DNA of 64,000 nt from Candidatus Uhrbacteria bacterium (GTDB lineage Bacteria > Patescibacteriota > Patescibacteriia > JACQRZ01). Shown one piece after another: positions 46,477 through 56,975 of the stretch. The notes under the pieces are model-generated. The model did not search any database. It saw only the letters and a list, made by a program, of their open reading frames with translations, and was not told where the DNA came from. Numbering within the stretch: the first letter of the stretch is position 1; the number at the start of each line of letters is the position of its first letter. Where the stretch lies: contig JACQSB010000018.1 in the NCBI GenBank assembly GCA_016206175.1, positions 1,334 through 65,333 on the forward strand, written 5' to 3'. A program made the translations under genes and the position numbers.

Positions 46477-48972
46477 ATGGAACAGGGTTCTCCGCGATTT
46501 ACTCTTTGGTTTTCAGAGATAACCAAAGATGATATCGGAATAGTCGGCGGAAAAGCCGCTAACCTGGGAGAGATGTATGCGCGTCTATCGACTGCCTCTC
46601 ATCCCCTCTTTCCTGATGAACGTGTGGCAGTCCCTTATGGTTTTACGGTGACTGTTGATGCCTACCGAGAATTCATTGCACATAACAATCTGGAACAAAA
46701 AATCGAAGCGCTTCTTTGTAATCTCGATACGCATAATATTGCTCATCTTGAGCAGCGCGGACAGGAGCTACGCCAACTGATCTTGGACGGATCATTTTCT
46801 CACCCCCTCCAGCAAACTATTGAAACTGCCTATGAGGAACTAGCTGAACACTATCAAACAGACGTCCATCGACTTGATGTTGCTGTTAGATCATCCGCAA
46901 CAGCGGAAGATCTCCCTGATGCATCATTTGCGGGACAGCAGGAAACATACCTAAACGTACGCGGCAAGAGTGAACTGCTCGAGCATATTAAAATGGCGTT
47001 TGCCTCACTTTTTACGAATCGCGCGATCTCGTACCGTTGCGATCGCGGATATCCGCAAACCGGCGCGGATCTCTGTGTTGTGGTGCAAAAGATGGTGCGA
47101 AGCGACATGGGAAGCTCGGGAGTTGTTTTCACTCTCGACACGGAAAGTGGGTTTCGCGATCTCATTCTCATCAACGCCAGCTGGGGGCTCGGCGAACTCG
47201 TGGTAAAAGGCGTTGTTACACCCGACGAATATAAAGTTTTCAAACCGACTCTCAAGAAAGGATTTGCGGCAATCATCAGCAAGCGTCCGGGACCAAAAAA
47301 CAAAAAACTTATCTACTCTGCCGGCGCAGGAAATCTTACCGAAGAAGTACCGGTGCCGGAGGAATTGCGCCGTTCCTATGCGCTGCCCGACGATATCATC
47401 CTGTGCCTTGCACGGTGGGCCGTAATCATCGAGGACCACTATAAACGCCCCATGGATATTGAATGGGCGTTTGATGGCATACTTAATCAACTATTCATCG
47501 TACAAGCGCGGCCGGAAACAGTCCAATCCCAGCGGAATCAGAACGCGGCATTGGAAGAATATACGCTCAAATCCCGAGGTGCGATTCTCGCGCAAGGCTC
47601 TGCCGTGGGGTCAAAGATCGGTCAAGGTAAAGCGCGGCTTGTCACCGACATATCACAGATGCAAGAGTTCGTCGCGGGAGATGTGCTTGTCACAGAAATT
47701 ACTGATCCTGATTGGGAACCGATCATGAAAATAGCTTCCGCGATCGTCACAAACGCCGGCGGCCGAACGAGCCACGCCGCGATCATATCGCGAGAACTTG
47801 GCATCCCCGCAGTGGTTGGCTGCGGCAATGCAACTGCAGTGATCAAGCCGGACATGGCTATTACCGTTAGTTGCGCCGAGGGAGAGATCGGTACCGTATA
47901 CGAAGGATTGCTACCCTATACCGTTGAGAGATACGACCTCACTGATTTTGTCCCGCCGCAGATCGATATAAAACTCATTGCCGCGGATCCAAAATTAGCA
48001 TTCCATCATGCCAAGCTGCCCCATCGAGGCGTTGGGTTGGCGCGACAAGAATTCATCATATCGAATTTTGTAAAAATCCATCCAAAAACGCTTCTACACT
48101 TTGACGAAATTTTTGACAATAAAGTCCGTGCCGCTGTTGAATTGCTTACCCAAGGATACGCACGGAAAGCCGACTATTACGTTGATATGTTGACATACGG
48201 CATTGCGCAACTTGCTGCCGCATTTTACCCTTACAATGTTTTACTGCGGTTTAGCGATTTCAAAAGCAATGAATATGCAAATCTCATCGGAGGATCTTTA
48301 TATGAACCGAAAGAAGAAAATCCGATGCTTGGATGGCGCGGCGCGAGCCGTTACTACGATCCGCTTTTTGAAGAGGCGTTTTCCCTGGAATGCGAGGCGA
48401 TAAAACGGGTGCGCGAGGAGCTTGGATTGTGGAATGTCAGCGTGATGGTTCCTTTCTGCCGTACGCCGGAAGAAGGAAAAAAAGTAATCGAGCTCACACG
48501 CAAATACGGCCTGGCGCAGCGCATCAGCCCGGAAGAGAGGAAAAAGAAAAAAAATGGAGATTTGGTTGTAGGTCTTGAAATATGGGTCATGGCAGAATTG
48601 CCATCCAACATCCTACAGGTTGATGAGTTTGCAGAACTCTTTGATGGATTTTCCATCGGATCAAATGATCTTACGCAACTGACGCTGGGGTTGGATCGGG
48701 ATTCAAAAATGATTTCTCATGTGGCGAATGAGCGGAACCGTTCCGTGATGAAACTCATGGAAATGCTCATCGAAGAAGCTCACAAACGCGGCTTGAAAGT
48801 CGGTATTTGCGGACAGGCGCCGTCTGACTTTCCCGATATCGCCGAGTTTCTCGTCAGGAAAGGGATTGATTCAATCTCGATCAGCGCTGATACAATCGTA
48901 AAGGTTGCGATGCAAATCAAGGAGATTGAAAGACAAGCGCCACAATCGTTGCAGCACCAACAAGCGCCATGA
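46477..48972 (+). CDS. ppsA: phosphoenolpyruvate synthase
   Basis: ATP-grasp N-domain (GGKAANLGEM), phospho-His swivel GGRTSHAAIISRELGIPAVVG and PEP-utilising C-domain GICGQAPSD. ATG 46477 (MEQGSPRF) is preferred over the track start at 46300. Confidence 0.9.
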   Translation: MEQGSPRFTLWFSEITKDDIGIVGGKAANLGEMYARLSTASHPLFPDERVAVPYGFTVTVDAYREFIAHNNLEQKIEALLCNLDTHNIAHLEQRGQELRQLILDGSFSHPLQQTIETAYEELAEHYQTDVHRLDVAVRSSATAEDLPDASFAGQQETYLNVRGKSELLEHIKMAFASLFTNRAISYRCDRGYPQTGADLCVVVQKMVRSDMGSSGVVFTLDTESGFRDLILINASWGLGELVVKGVVTPDEYKVFKPTLKKGFAAIISKRPGPKNKKLIYSAGAGNLTEEVPVPEELRRSYALPDDIILCLARWAVIIEDHYKRPMDIEWAFDGILNQLFIVQARPETVQSQRNQNAALEEYTLKSRGAILAQGSAVGSKIGQGKARLVTDISQMQEFVAGDVLVTEITDPDWEPIMKIASAIVTNAGGRTSHAAIISRELGIPAVVGCGNATAVIKPDMAITVSCAEGEIGTVYEGLLPYTVERYDLTDFVPPQIDIKLIAADPKLAFHHAKLPHRGVGLARQEFIISNFVKIHPKTLLHFDEIFDNKVRAAVELLTQGYARKADYYVDMLTYGIAQLAAAFYPYNVLLRFSDFKSNEYANLIGGSLYEPKEENPMLGWRGASRYYDPLFEEAFSLECEAIKRVREELGLWNVSVMVPFCRTPEEGKKVIELTRKYGLAQRISPEERKKKKNGDLVVGLEIWVMAELPSNILQVDEFAELFDGFSIGSNDLTQLTLGLDRDSKMISHVANERNRSVMKLMEMLIEEAHKRGLKVGICGQAPSDFPDIAEFLVRKGIDSISISADTIVKVAMQIKEIERQAPQSLQHQQAP

Positions 48973-50302
48973 TGCCGGTGATCATCCAGCCGAGCAGCGC
49001 TGTTGGAAGATTACTCTTCCATGCTCCCATGATTTTTTTATTGCAGCTCATCTGAACGATGAGAAATAAAATGAGCGGGGCAACAAGCCCGTTTGCCACC
49101 GCAGAATAAATCAGCGCTTTGATCGGATCAATGCCAATGAAGTTCAAGAGAAACCCAATCACCATGGCGATGATTAAAACGCCATAAAAAGCATATGCCT
49201 GTTTGAGTTTGTAAAACAGGCCCGTCTTCCACTGGAAGCTTTCGGCGACTGCATAAGTAGCGGATCCAGCCAAGACCGGTACCGCCAAAAGCCCGGTGCC
49301 GATGATGCCAAGCGCGAAAAAAAGATAGCTCGCCTCACCTGCAAAAGGACGGAGCGCTTCGGCGGCTTCAGCAGCGGTTGTGATATTTTTGATCCCATTC
49401 GGAAAGAGGGTCCCGGCAGCGGCGACAATGATAAAAAACATAATAAGGTTTGAAAAAAACATGCCTGTCCATACGTCGATGCGCATGTGCCGGATTTCTT
49501 CGGATGTCGCTCCTTTGCGCTGCGCGATCGTTTTTTTCCCGCTCAAAATTTCTTCCTCAACTTCCTGCGATGTCTGCCAAAAAAAGAGATACGGCGAAAT
49601 GGTCGTACCTAAAATCGCGCTGACAAGAATGATCTGATCTTTTGAAAAAGTGATTGATGGTAAAACGGCGGAAGTAAATATCGCCTGCCAATCGAGCCCC
49701 TCGATGAGCAAGGTAGAAAAGATGTACGAAAAAAGAAAAAATGTAAGGTACTTCAGGTACTTCGCGTAGCGAGCGTATGTGGAAAAAATCTGAAGGAGAA
49801 GACAGGTGATTGTAAACCCAAGGAGAAGAAGCGGAAAGCTCGCATGGGGCCAGAGAAGTTGCGTTGCTTTTGCCATCGCACCGAGGTCAGCGCCGAGATT
49901 AAATGTGTTTGCCGCAAAGAGCAAAGCAGTGCAAATAAAAAGAAGTCGACGCGAGTAATGCTGCCGGATGTTTGATGCAAGTCCCTTGCCAGTCACCAAA
50001 CCAATACGGGCGCACATCTCTTGCACGACTGCCATGAGCGGAAAGGTAAACCCCGCAAGCCACAGTAGTTGATTGCCGTACTGCGATCCGGTCTGTGAGT
50101 ACGTTGCAATGCCGGCAGGATCATCGTCGGAAGCCCCTGTCGTCAATCCCGGTCCAAGCATATGCCAAAAGTCTTCGGCTTTTTTGATCGGCCGCTTTGT
50201 ACTGATATCTTTTACAATATGCTTTGCGCCCTCCACCACCTTCTCAAGGGCGACCGCCGGTGCTTCGACAATCACTTCCGCGCTACTCTTTTTTTTGGGC
50301 AT
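48917..50302 (-). CDS. mntH: NRAMP-family divalent metal transporter
   Basis: LGPGLTTGASDDDPAGIATYS is an NRAMP signature, with about 11 TM helices. Confidence 0.85.
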   Translation of the reverse strand: MPKKKSSAEVIVEAPAVALEKVVEGAKHIVKDISTKRPIKKAEDFWHMLGPGLTTGASDDDPAGIATYSQTGSQYGNQLLWLAGFTFPLMAVVQEMCARIGLVTGKGLASNIRQHYSRRLLFICTALLFAANTFNLGADLGAMAKATQLLWPHASFPLLLLGFTITCLLLQIFSTYARYAKYLKYLTFFLFSYIFSTLLIEGLDWQAIFTSAVLPSITFSKDQIILVSAILGTTISPYLFFWQTSQEVEEEILSGKKTIAQRKGATSEEIRHMRIDVWTGMFFSNLIMFFIIVAAAGTLFPNGIKNITTAAEAAEALRPFAGEASYLFFALGIIGTGLLAVPVLAGSATYAVAESFQWKTGLFYKLKQAYAFYGVLIIAMVIGFLLNFIGIDPIKALIYSAVANGLVAPLILFLIVQMSCNKKIMGAWKSNLPTALLGWMITGIMALVGAATIVALVFQSP

Positions 50303-50335
50303 AGGAATAATATTTTAGATCTTGTGCATAGACAC

Positions 50336-50368
50336 GGGATAAAACTATCCAACAGTGCGGGATAGTTT
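50336..50368 (-). promoter_or_regulatory. inverted repeat AAACTATCC-N9-GGATAGTTT plus extra GGGATA half-site upstream of mntH
   Basis: Arms at 50342..50350 and 50360..50368 and a third GGGATA at 50336..50341. They overlap a TTGAAA -35-like hexamer on the minus strand, 35-65 nt from the start codon. Confidence 0.4.
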
Positions 50369-50378
50369 CAATTTTACT

Positions 50379-50410
50379 AAAAAATCCTTGCCTTCACAAG
50401 GATTTTTTTT
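50379..50410. terminator. bidirectional intrinsic terminator
   Basis: AAAAAA-TCCTTG-CCTTCA-CAAGGA-TTTTTTTT. Lies downstream of the minus-strand gene ending at 50505. Confidence 0.7.
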
Positions 50411-50504
50411 CTCACGCACCTCCTCGCTCAACAACCTTCAAAGTCGCGTGATGCCTAGAACTTCTTTCTGTTTATTATGCCATACTTCTGCATATCGCTC
50501 AACT

Positions 50505-51356
50505 TTACAGAGGCTTGCCATCCTTAAGAAAAGAAACGGGCAAGGATTTACAAAATTCCTCTCCCCATTCGATCGGAAGGACAAGAAGATCGCTTAAACC
50601 GACAGAAGCTACCATGCTGCGCGCTTCTGCAACATTCTGAAGAGGGACTTCTATATGGGTAAGAGCGTGCATGAGAATGGGTGATCCTGAACGTGATTCA
50701 TGCTTTTGAAGTACCTTTGCTATTCTTATCTCTTGGAATGTTCCTGCCTTGATCCCTATGAGCATAGGATAATTTCCGGAAATATCAGAAACACCACCTT
50801 GCAGTAAATCTTTTCCGGATGCTTGGGCTTTTGTATATTTTTTGTGAAAATGCGCCCCGCCTTTTTTATCAAGATTAATTTGCTCGCGAAATTTTCGACT
50901 AAACAATCGACGATCGTGCTTTGCAGCTTCCAGAGCGGCAGATGCAAGGTAGTAAAACCATGCTGCTTTTGTCTGGAACGGTTTACGGATGCTCTTCCCC
51001 TTTTCAAAGTGACATTGAGCGTAAAGACTCGCATATGTACGGGATGGCGAGGTAGACACAGAATGTACTGCTCCTTCCCGCGTGTAATCATAAATATCTT
51101 CATGAGGCGTAAGCCCACCTGCTTCAATTATTTCTTTCAGCACATCGATTACGGCATCGCCATGATGGTGATAACGTCCTGTTCCATGCCATCGCCATGC
51201 TGCTGTGTATAATTCTCGAAGTCGGGGAATTGCCTCCTGATACTCTGGATCTCGTAGTACAGCTTCGTTTTGCTCCCCATATAACAAACGTGATGCAAGA
51301 GAGGTTTTTGCATGCATGGTATCTCGCGGCGTAATGCCATCTCTATTTGTTCTCAT
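50505..51356 (-). CDS. hypothetical protein (283 aa)
   Basis: Clean ORF with a WHGTGRYHHHGD segment and no family I can name. Confidence 0.5.
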   Translation of the reverse strand: MRTNRDGITPRDTMHAKTSLASRLLYGEQNEAVLRDPEYQEAIPRLRELYTAAWRWHGTGRYHHHGDAVIDVLKEIIEAGGLTPHEDIYDYTREGAVHSVSTSPSRTYASLYAQCHFEKGKSIRKPFQTKAAWFYYLASAALEAAKHDRRLFSRKFREQINLDKKGGAHFHKKYTKAQASGKDLLQGGVSDISGNYPMLIGIKAGTFQEIRIAKVLQKHESRSGSPILMHALTHIEVPLQNVAEARSMVASVGLSDLLVLPIEWGEEFCKSLPVSFLKDGKPL

Positions 51357-51510
51357 ATTTCTTGTCTGATTTCATGGAGTAATACTACCACATATTTTGA
51401 CAAATGTTTTTTCTGTAGCAATATTACTACTCCTGCTTTACACGAAGCATCTTATTGTGTAAATTTTGCAGATCGGCACTGTATCTTGCAAATAGGAAGG
51501 AGAGAAACTG

Positions 51511-52383
51511 ATGCCGCCATGTACGATAGATGTCGGAAAGCGACTTGGGAAGTCGCTCGATGTTCTCAAGCCGTGGCTTGAGGGTTGCGAACCGAAAATC
51601 GGACTCATCCTTGGGTCGGGACTCGGTACGTTCGCCGAGACGAGCCTCAATGATCCCAAGACCATGGACTATGGTGATATCCCGCACTTCCCGGAGTGCA
51701 AGGCTCAAGGACATGCAGGAAAGCTCTGGTTTGGCAGAATTGACTCGCACGAAGTGCTCGTCATGTCGGGTCGAGCGCACTGGCATGAAGGTTGGGAAAT
51801 GCACGAGATAGTGCATCCGACTCGCGTCATGATCCGGCTCGGAATCGAGATCCTCATTGTGACGAATGCCGCCGGCAGCGCCAACCTGAACTATGAACCC
51901 GGATCTCTCGCGCTCATCCGTGATCACATCAATGAAATCCCGGATGACCCGATCAGGGGACAACACCTGATCAACGAGCTGGGAGAACCGCTCGGCCCTC
52001 ACCATACGGACCTGAGCGAGGTGTACTCGTCACGCCTTCGTCGGTATGCTCAAAACCGCGCGTGCGCGCTTCAGCGGCAGCTTCCTATGGGCGTCTATGC
52101 CGCCATGCCCGGTCCCAGCTACGAGACGCCGTCCGAAACAAGGAGGCTCCAAAACATGGGGGCTGATCTTGCCGGGATGTCATCAGCGCCTGAAGCGATA
52201 GCCGCTCGGCACATGGGTGCCGAAGTCCTTGGAATCTCGTGTGTGACGAACTGGACTGGCGGCATCGCGAAGACGCCACTTACTCATGAGGAAGTCCAAC
52301 AAGCAGCCAGAATCGTCAGTATGGAGTTCGTGGGTCTCGTCCACAGCATCATCAGGTACATGCCGTTCAAGGAGGAAGAGTAA
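51511..52383 (+). CDS. purine nucleoside phosphorylase (PNP/MTAP trimeric family)
   Basis: GLILGSGLG, GHAGKLWFG, GRAHWHEG and VTNAAG blocks plus the C-terminal THEEV. GC-rich. The long antisense ORF 51427..52005 is a shadow. Confidence 0.85.
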   Translation: MPPCTIDVGKRLGKSLDVLKPWLEGCEPKIGLILGSGLGTFAETSLNDPKTMDYGDIPHFPECKAQGHAGKLWFGRIDSHEVLVMSGRAHWHEGWEMHEIVHPTRVMIRLGIEILIVTNAAGSANLNYEPGSLALIRDHINEIPDDPIRGQHLINELGEPLGPHHTDLSEVYSSRLRRYAQNRACALQRQLPMGVYAAMPGPSYETPSETRRLQNMGADLAGMSSAPEAIAARHMGAEVLGISCVTNWTGGIAKTPLTHEEVQQAARIVSMEFVGLVHSIIRYMPFKEEE

Positions 52384-52433
52384 CTATCTGACATATCGCC
52401 ATCAGTAAGGCGCTAGGTCGATCACATTTGTTG

Positions 52434-52469
52434 GAGGAGACCCCCTGTCCGGTCTCCTCATTATTTTTT
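52434..52469 (+). terminator. intrinsic terminator after PNP gene
   Basis: GAGGAGACC-CCCTGTCC-GGTCTCCTC followed by ATTATTTTTT. Confidence 0.7.
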
Positions 52470-53014
52470 CAAAACTCAAGTTCAATAATAGCGCCGTCAG
52501 CGAGTTTATCCGGAGCATCCTTGCCAAGTGCTCGCAAAACACATTTTATCGGCCCGCCATGCGTGACGATGCCAACAGTATTGTATTCTTTTTCGGTGAT
52601 TGATCGTATTGCGTGCATAACCCGATTGCAGAAATCATCGTAACCCTCACCTTCCGGATCAGTATTGAGTGGGTTTTGATGTCGAGCTACCGCCTCGGGA
52701 TATTTTTGCTTCGCTTCTTCTTCCGTGAGACCCGTCAATACCCCGAAGTAACGCTCCTTAAGGGAATCCATGTACTCCACTGGAATGTTGATAGCGCTTT
52801 CAATGATAGCAGCGGCTTCGCGTGTACGTATGAGAGGGCTGCAATACAATACCTCAATCCCCTTTCCGGCAAGACGCTGCGCGGTTGCCATCATTTGTTC
52901 GCGCCCGTGTTCCGTCAGGTGATCATCATACCACCCGCCATACCGATCTTCTCTGTCTCCAGTTGTTTCCCCGTGTCTGATAAGAAATAATTTCATAACG
53001 TGATCTCTCATCAC
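52469..53014 (-). CDS. histidine phosphatase (phosphoglycerate mutase-like) family protein
   Basis: LIRHGETTGD is an RHG catalytic motif, with a downstream VTHGG. Confidence 0.82.
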   Translation of the reverse strand: MMRDHVMKLFLIRHGETTGDREDRYGGWYDDHLTEHGREQMMATAQRLAGKGIEVLYCSPLIRTREAAAIIESAINIPVEYMDSLKERYFGVLTGLTEEEAKQKYPEAVARHQNPLNTDPEGEGYDDFCNRVMHAIRSITEKEYNTVGIVTHGGPIKCVLRALGKDAPDKLADGAIIELEF

Positions 53015-53463
53015 CTTACTAATGGCATTGGTATCAATTTCGAACCAACGACAACGGCGGAAGCGGCGATAAGAATATTTTTAATGATATACTGCCCTTC
53101 CAATGTCGGGATTAAAAATGCCTGCCAAGTGATGTGCGGCAAAAATAGTAACGGCAAAGCAGTGGCAATGAGATGAAGGCTTAACAAAAAAATTGCCGCG
53201 CGTTCAAAACCACGAATGAGGAAGAGCACGCCGATAATCATTTCAAAAACAGAGAAGAAAGTGTAAAAAACCGCAAACGGAATAATAGGTATTGTCTTTT
53301 CAAAAAGTGCCTGAACCAATGGAATTGCGGGGCTTACGCCGATCAGTTTAAGAAACCCGAACCAAAAATAGACAACAAAAATTGCCGTTCTGGCAAGTGG
53401 GGTTTCCACGCGTTGAAGACGGTTGATAATTCTTTTATCAATCCTTTGAATTAACTTGGGCAT
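53011..53463 (-). CDS. hypothetical membrane protein (150 aa)
   Basis: Four TM helices. ATGA overlap with the downstream gene. Confidence 0.5.
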   Translation of the reverse strand: MPKLIQRIDKRIINRLQRVETPLARTAIFVVYFWFGFLKLIGVSPAIPLVQALFEKTIPIIPFAVFYTFFSVFEMIIGVLFLIRGFERAAIFLLSLHLIATALPLLFLPHITWQAFLIPTLEGQYIIKNILIAASAVVVGSKLIPMPLVR

Positions 53464-53519
53464 ACGAGCAGGCTATTCATAGGAATAGGATAAAACAATC
53501 CGATCATTGGATAATGCTT

Positions 53520-55178
53520 TTATTGTGCCCGTTCGGTATCGAACTGCCCCAATTCTTCTTCGAGTTCGATCCCCGCTTCTTCAAGCGCAGGCCTTGTCGA
53601 CTTGCGGATATGTACCCGCGGCATAAAACACACAACAACCAACGCAACAAACATCAGAGCAGCGCTTACCAGATAGACCTGACCAACCGAATGTGTAAAA
53701 GCTATCTTAATCAAATCAACGAAATGCGCAAATCCCTCCGCCAGACGCTCCCGAACTCCCAGCGGCGCTACCGCAAATGAAGAAGTGATCATTTCTCGCG
53801 TCTGTGGGTTGAAGACTGCTAACACGGAATAGCTATCGATCTTTCCCAGCAGAGCGGAAAGGTTAATGCTTTTCAAAAGCTCAACAAAGGGATCGCGTTC
53901 AAGCTCTGCCAGGTTGCGGGCAAGCTGGCTGTTCATGACACCGCCAAAGATCGCCGTGCCTACTGTTCCGCCGATCAAACGAAATAGCTGTAAGCCTGCA
54001 GTCACTTCGCCCAATTTACTTCGGTCAAAGGCGCTCTGCACGGCAACCATAAAAATCGGCATGGTGACGCCTAAACCTACACCAAGCATGATCATGCGCA
54101 CTGAAAGCATGAGATTGCCGGTCGCTTCGGTGATGGTCGACAACCAATACATGGCAAGAACGGTGATTGTCATGCCAGCGACGGCTAGCGGTTTGTACGT
54201 TCCGATCTTGGATATGATCTGGCCCGAAACTGTCGAGGCGACGACGAGCGCAAGCATCATGGGAGTAAGAATCAAGCCCGAATGCGTTGCGGAAATCCCG
54301 ACCACCGCTTGCCCAAACAACGGAATATAAATAATAACCCCGAACATCCCCATTGCGGTCAGGAATGTCGTGAACACCGATACTGCGAACACGCGATTAG
54401 AAAAAAGCTGTAAAGAAAGAATCGGCTCCTTGACGCGCGACTCAACGGCAAGAAACGCAACCAGCCCGACAAGCGCGATACCGAAGAGCCCGAGAATGGC
54501 CTTTGAATCCCATGCGTATTCGTTCCCGCCCCAGACCAGCGCCAAAAGAAACGGCGCAAGGGTAATGGCAAGCAGCGCTGCTCCTGCGTAATCTACCGAC
54601 CGATGGCGCGTATCCTTGCCGATCTTGGGAAGCACGCTTGCAAGCACAACCATTGCAAGAAATCCCAGTGGCAGGTTGATGTAAAAAATCCAGCGCCATG
54701 AGAAATTGTCGGTAATCCACCCGCCGAGCAAAGGACCGGCAATGGAGGCAAGTCCAAAAACAGCACCGATCAGACCCTGCCATTTGCCGCGCTCGCGAGG
54801 AGGAAAGACATCGCCGATGATCGCAAGCGAATTGACCATGATTGCCCCGCCTCCGATCCCCTGTAAGCCACGAAAAAGAATAAGCTGCATCATACTATTC
54901 GCAAGACCTGAAAGCACAGAACCGACAAGGAAGATAAGGATTGCCACAAGATAAAGTCTCCGCCGCCCAAAAATATCGGAAAGCTTGCCATAGATCGGCA
55001 CCGTAATCGTTGAGGTCAATAAGTATGCGGTGAACACCCACGTGAGGTGTGCAAGACCATCCAACTCGCCGACGATTTTAGGCATCGCGGTCGAAACGAT
55101 CGTTTGATCGAGTGCCGAAAGCAGCATGCCTAAAACGACTCCGCCCAATATTGCAAATTTTTTTGTACTCATACTCAT
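53520..55178 (-). CDS. MFS transporter, DHA2 (EmrB/QacA-like, 14 TM) family
   Basis: [11 protein letters not shown] motif A and about 14 TM helices over 552 aa. Confidence 0.85.
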   Translation of the reverse strand: MSMSTKKFAILGGVVLGMLLSALDQTIVSTAMPKIVGELDGLAHLTWVFTAYLLTSTITVPIYGKLSDIFGRRRLYLVAILIFLVGSVLSGLANSMMQLILFRGLQGIGGGAIMVNSLAIIGDVFPPRERGKWQGLIGAVFGLASIAGPLLGGWITDNFSWRWIFYINLPLGFLAMVVLASVLPKIGKDTRHRSVDYAGAALLAITLAPFLLALVWGGNEYAWDSKAILGLFGIALVGLVAFLAVESRVKEPILSLQLFSNRVFAVSVFTTFLTAMGMFGVIIYIPLFGQAVVGISATHSGLILTPMMLALVVASTVSGQIISKIGTYKPLAVAGMTITVLAMYWLSTITEATGNLMLSVRMIMLGVGLGVTMPIFMVAVQSAFDRSKLGEVTAGLQLFRLIGGTVGTAIFGGVMNSQLARNLAELERDPFVELLKSINLSALLGKIDSYSVLAVFNPQTREMITSSFAVAPLGVRERLAEGFAHFVDLIKIAFTHSVGQVYLVSAALMFVALVVVCFMPRVHIRKSTRPALEEAGIELEEELGQFDTERAQ

Positions 55179-55277
55179 ATCAATATATCAGATTCTTTCC
55201 AATGAATTGGAAAAGCTTATGCGACATATGACCGTAATTTTTTATTATCAGTGAAATGCATGAAACGGGGTTAGCCA

Positions 55278-55829
55278 TCATTTATGGTATTGCAATGGGT
55301 AAAATGTTTTATTGGCCGGATCGTTCGATTCCTTTGCCGACATGTCGTTTACAACTGCCAATACGATACCGGTTATCCTGGCATTACAAACACACCCTCC
55401 ATCTAAATAGCCTATGCACGTACCGTATTCCTCTTTCGCAATTTCATCGCCAATAGTAATGTGCGGCATGAAATTCTTTTCATACTCTTCACGCGCCTTT
55501 TCGACGTAATTCCGATATTCGGAGAGAGTGTTGCATAAGTCCTTTTGCAATTGAACCAACTCTCTGGCATCATTTGCGCAAACCATGATAGCTCCAACCT
55601 GGTCCTTATTATATAGAAGAGTATCAAAGACGACATGAATCGTACCCCTATGGGATTGAAAGAATTCAAAAATCTCTCGCTTCAGCTCGTCGACTTTTTC
55701 ATCTTCAATATAACAAGGTTGCTTCAGAGTCACATGCAGACCTCGCGGTTGATACTTCTCTAAAAAATCATCCAGCCAACTTGGCTTTTTTACCAACTCA
55801 ACATTCGTGTACAATGCAAATATTTTCAT
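55278..55829 (-). CDS. 2H phosphoesterase superfamily protein (LigT-like)
   Basis: Two HxT/S motifs, LHVTLKQP and PHITIGD. ATG 55829 (MKIFALY) is preferred over the track start at 55955. Confidence 0.62.
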   Translation of the reverse strand: MKIFALYTNVELVKKPSWLDDFLEKYQPRGLHVTLKQPCYIEDEKVDELKREIFEFFQSHRGTIHVVFDTLLYNKDQVGAIMVCANDARELVQLQKDLCNTLSEYRNYVEKAREEYEKNFMPHITIGDEIAKEEYGTCIGYLDGGCVCNARITGIVLAVVNDMSAKESNDPANKTFYPLQYHK

Positions 55830-56063
55830 AAACTCCTCTCCCGCTGTTGGGCCACCCTCACGTTTCGTAGCCACAAGTTTTTGCAATATTGAAACGCCAA
55901 AATCCACTAGATCATACATCAAACCCAATAAGTTGACAAAATTCCTAGGCAACATACTATGATTGTATGCAGATCATACGACTCACATCGTCAAGCTCAT
56001 CATCTTCATCCGCAATGCTGCGGAGGGAGTGATTTTGAGTTTGCGTACATGTACGAAATTCTA

Positions 56064-56094
56064 ATCTGCCCCTTCGCGGGGCAGATTTTTATTT
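56064..56094 (+). terminator. terminator-like hairpin 20 nt upstream of the next RBS
   Basis: ATCTGCCCC-TTCGC-GGGGCAGAT followed by TTTTATTT, then GAAAGGAGGG and ATG at 56116. Confidence 0.6.
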
Positions 56095-56115
56095 CGCACA
56101 GAAAGGAGGGTTTCG

Positions 56116-56712
56116 ATGGGTTTTGACGCTGCATGGAACGGGGTGATAGTGCCTCGCGGAGGACTCAGCGATTCGGAGGTGGTCGCGCTTGAAAAATATG
56201 GCATCAGGAGAGTTCAGCCCGTCTGGTCTGATATCTTCCAAAAAGTCAGAGGTGCTGTGGATGCTTGCTTGCGAGAGCCGTACGAACCACACTTCTCTTT
56301 CACAATCTCATGCCCGTGCTTCAAATGCATGGAGGAATTATTCGGAGCTATGGGGCTCGAGATAAAGGTGATCTTGCCTACGTTCGGCCTGGTAGTCACC
56401 AGAGATGATCTTAAAGAAGGAGATCTACTCTTCTTCCGCGATGCGCGTCTCCCGAGCTATAGTCGCCTATCGCCAATAGATCATGTGGCCATTGTCACTG
56501 ATCTAGGCACGGTCTTTCATCCTGCTGCATATCAAAAAGCATGGGAAGGAAGAGTGGATGACCTCCTTGAAAATGGGGTGTTCGTAATCGGCCGACGCCT
56601 GATTGGCGAGGGAGAGCTCACAACCTTCAGAGTTCCTGCCGTTGGCAGAGATGAATTCTCCCTGGAGAACACTGATTACCTCCGTTCCTTCCTTCAAAGC
56701 CCCGCCACATAA
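56116..56712 (+). CDS. NlpC/P60-like (C40 peptidase-like) protein, GC-rich
   Basis: GDLLFFRD....IDHVAIVTDLGTVFH resembles the NlpC/P60 His block. Assignment of the catalytic Cys is uncertain. Strong RBS GGAGGG. Confidence 0.55.
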   Translation: MGFDAAWNGVIVPRGGLSDSEVVALEKYGIRRVQPVWSDIFQKVRGAVDACLREPYEPHFSFTISCPCFKCMEELFGAMGLEIKVILPTFGLVVTRDDLKEGDLLFFRDARLPSYSRLSPIDHVAIVTDLGTVFHPAAYQKAWEGRVDDLLENGVFVIGRRLIGEGELTTFRVPAVGRDEFSLENTDYLRSFLQSPAT

Positions 56713-56725
56713 GCGAGGACCTATC

Positions 56726-56760
56726 AGACCGCCTGCAAAGCAAGGCGGTCTATTTATTTT
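56726..56760 (+). terminator. intrinsic terminator
   Basis: AGACCGCC-TGCAAAGCAA-GGCGGTCT followed by ATTTATTTT. Confidence 0.75.
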
Positions 56761-56975
56761 CTCGAAAAGAAAAGCACCTCCATTTCTGAAAAATGTACTT
56801 GGCTCCGCAATGAAACCCGCATTCTTCGCATCGATAGAGCTCTCTTCCTTCTTGCTGTATAGCAACAACCATGAAAAGTTATATCTTACTTATGAGAGTG
56901 ATTCAGTTTCCTGTCGGGAAAATCTTCGTGATATGTTTGCAATAAGCGTATTGTCGTGCAGCCGCAACCGATCTG

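Noticed and set aside
48917-48972. 56-nt convergent overlap of ppsA and mntH 3' ends as a regulatory feature
   Set aside because: This is most simply a compact-genome overlap. The mntH C-terminus or ppsA tail could also be slightly mis-extended. No associated structure was seen.
51427-52005. Long antisense ORFs inside GC-rich genes (also 4126..4776, 5669..6364, 7159..7983, 10057..10662, 29642..30391 and 46854..47490)
   Set aside because: These are shadow ORFs opposite strongly supported genes (PNP, DEAD helicase, FAD oxidoreductase, proS, proA, typA, ppsA). Their low-complexity Arg/Ser/Pro-rich translations are typical of non-coding frames.
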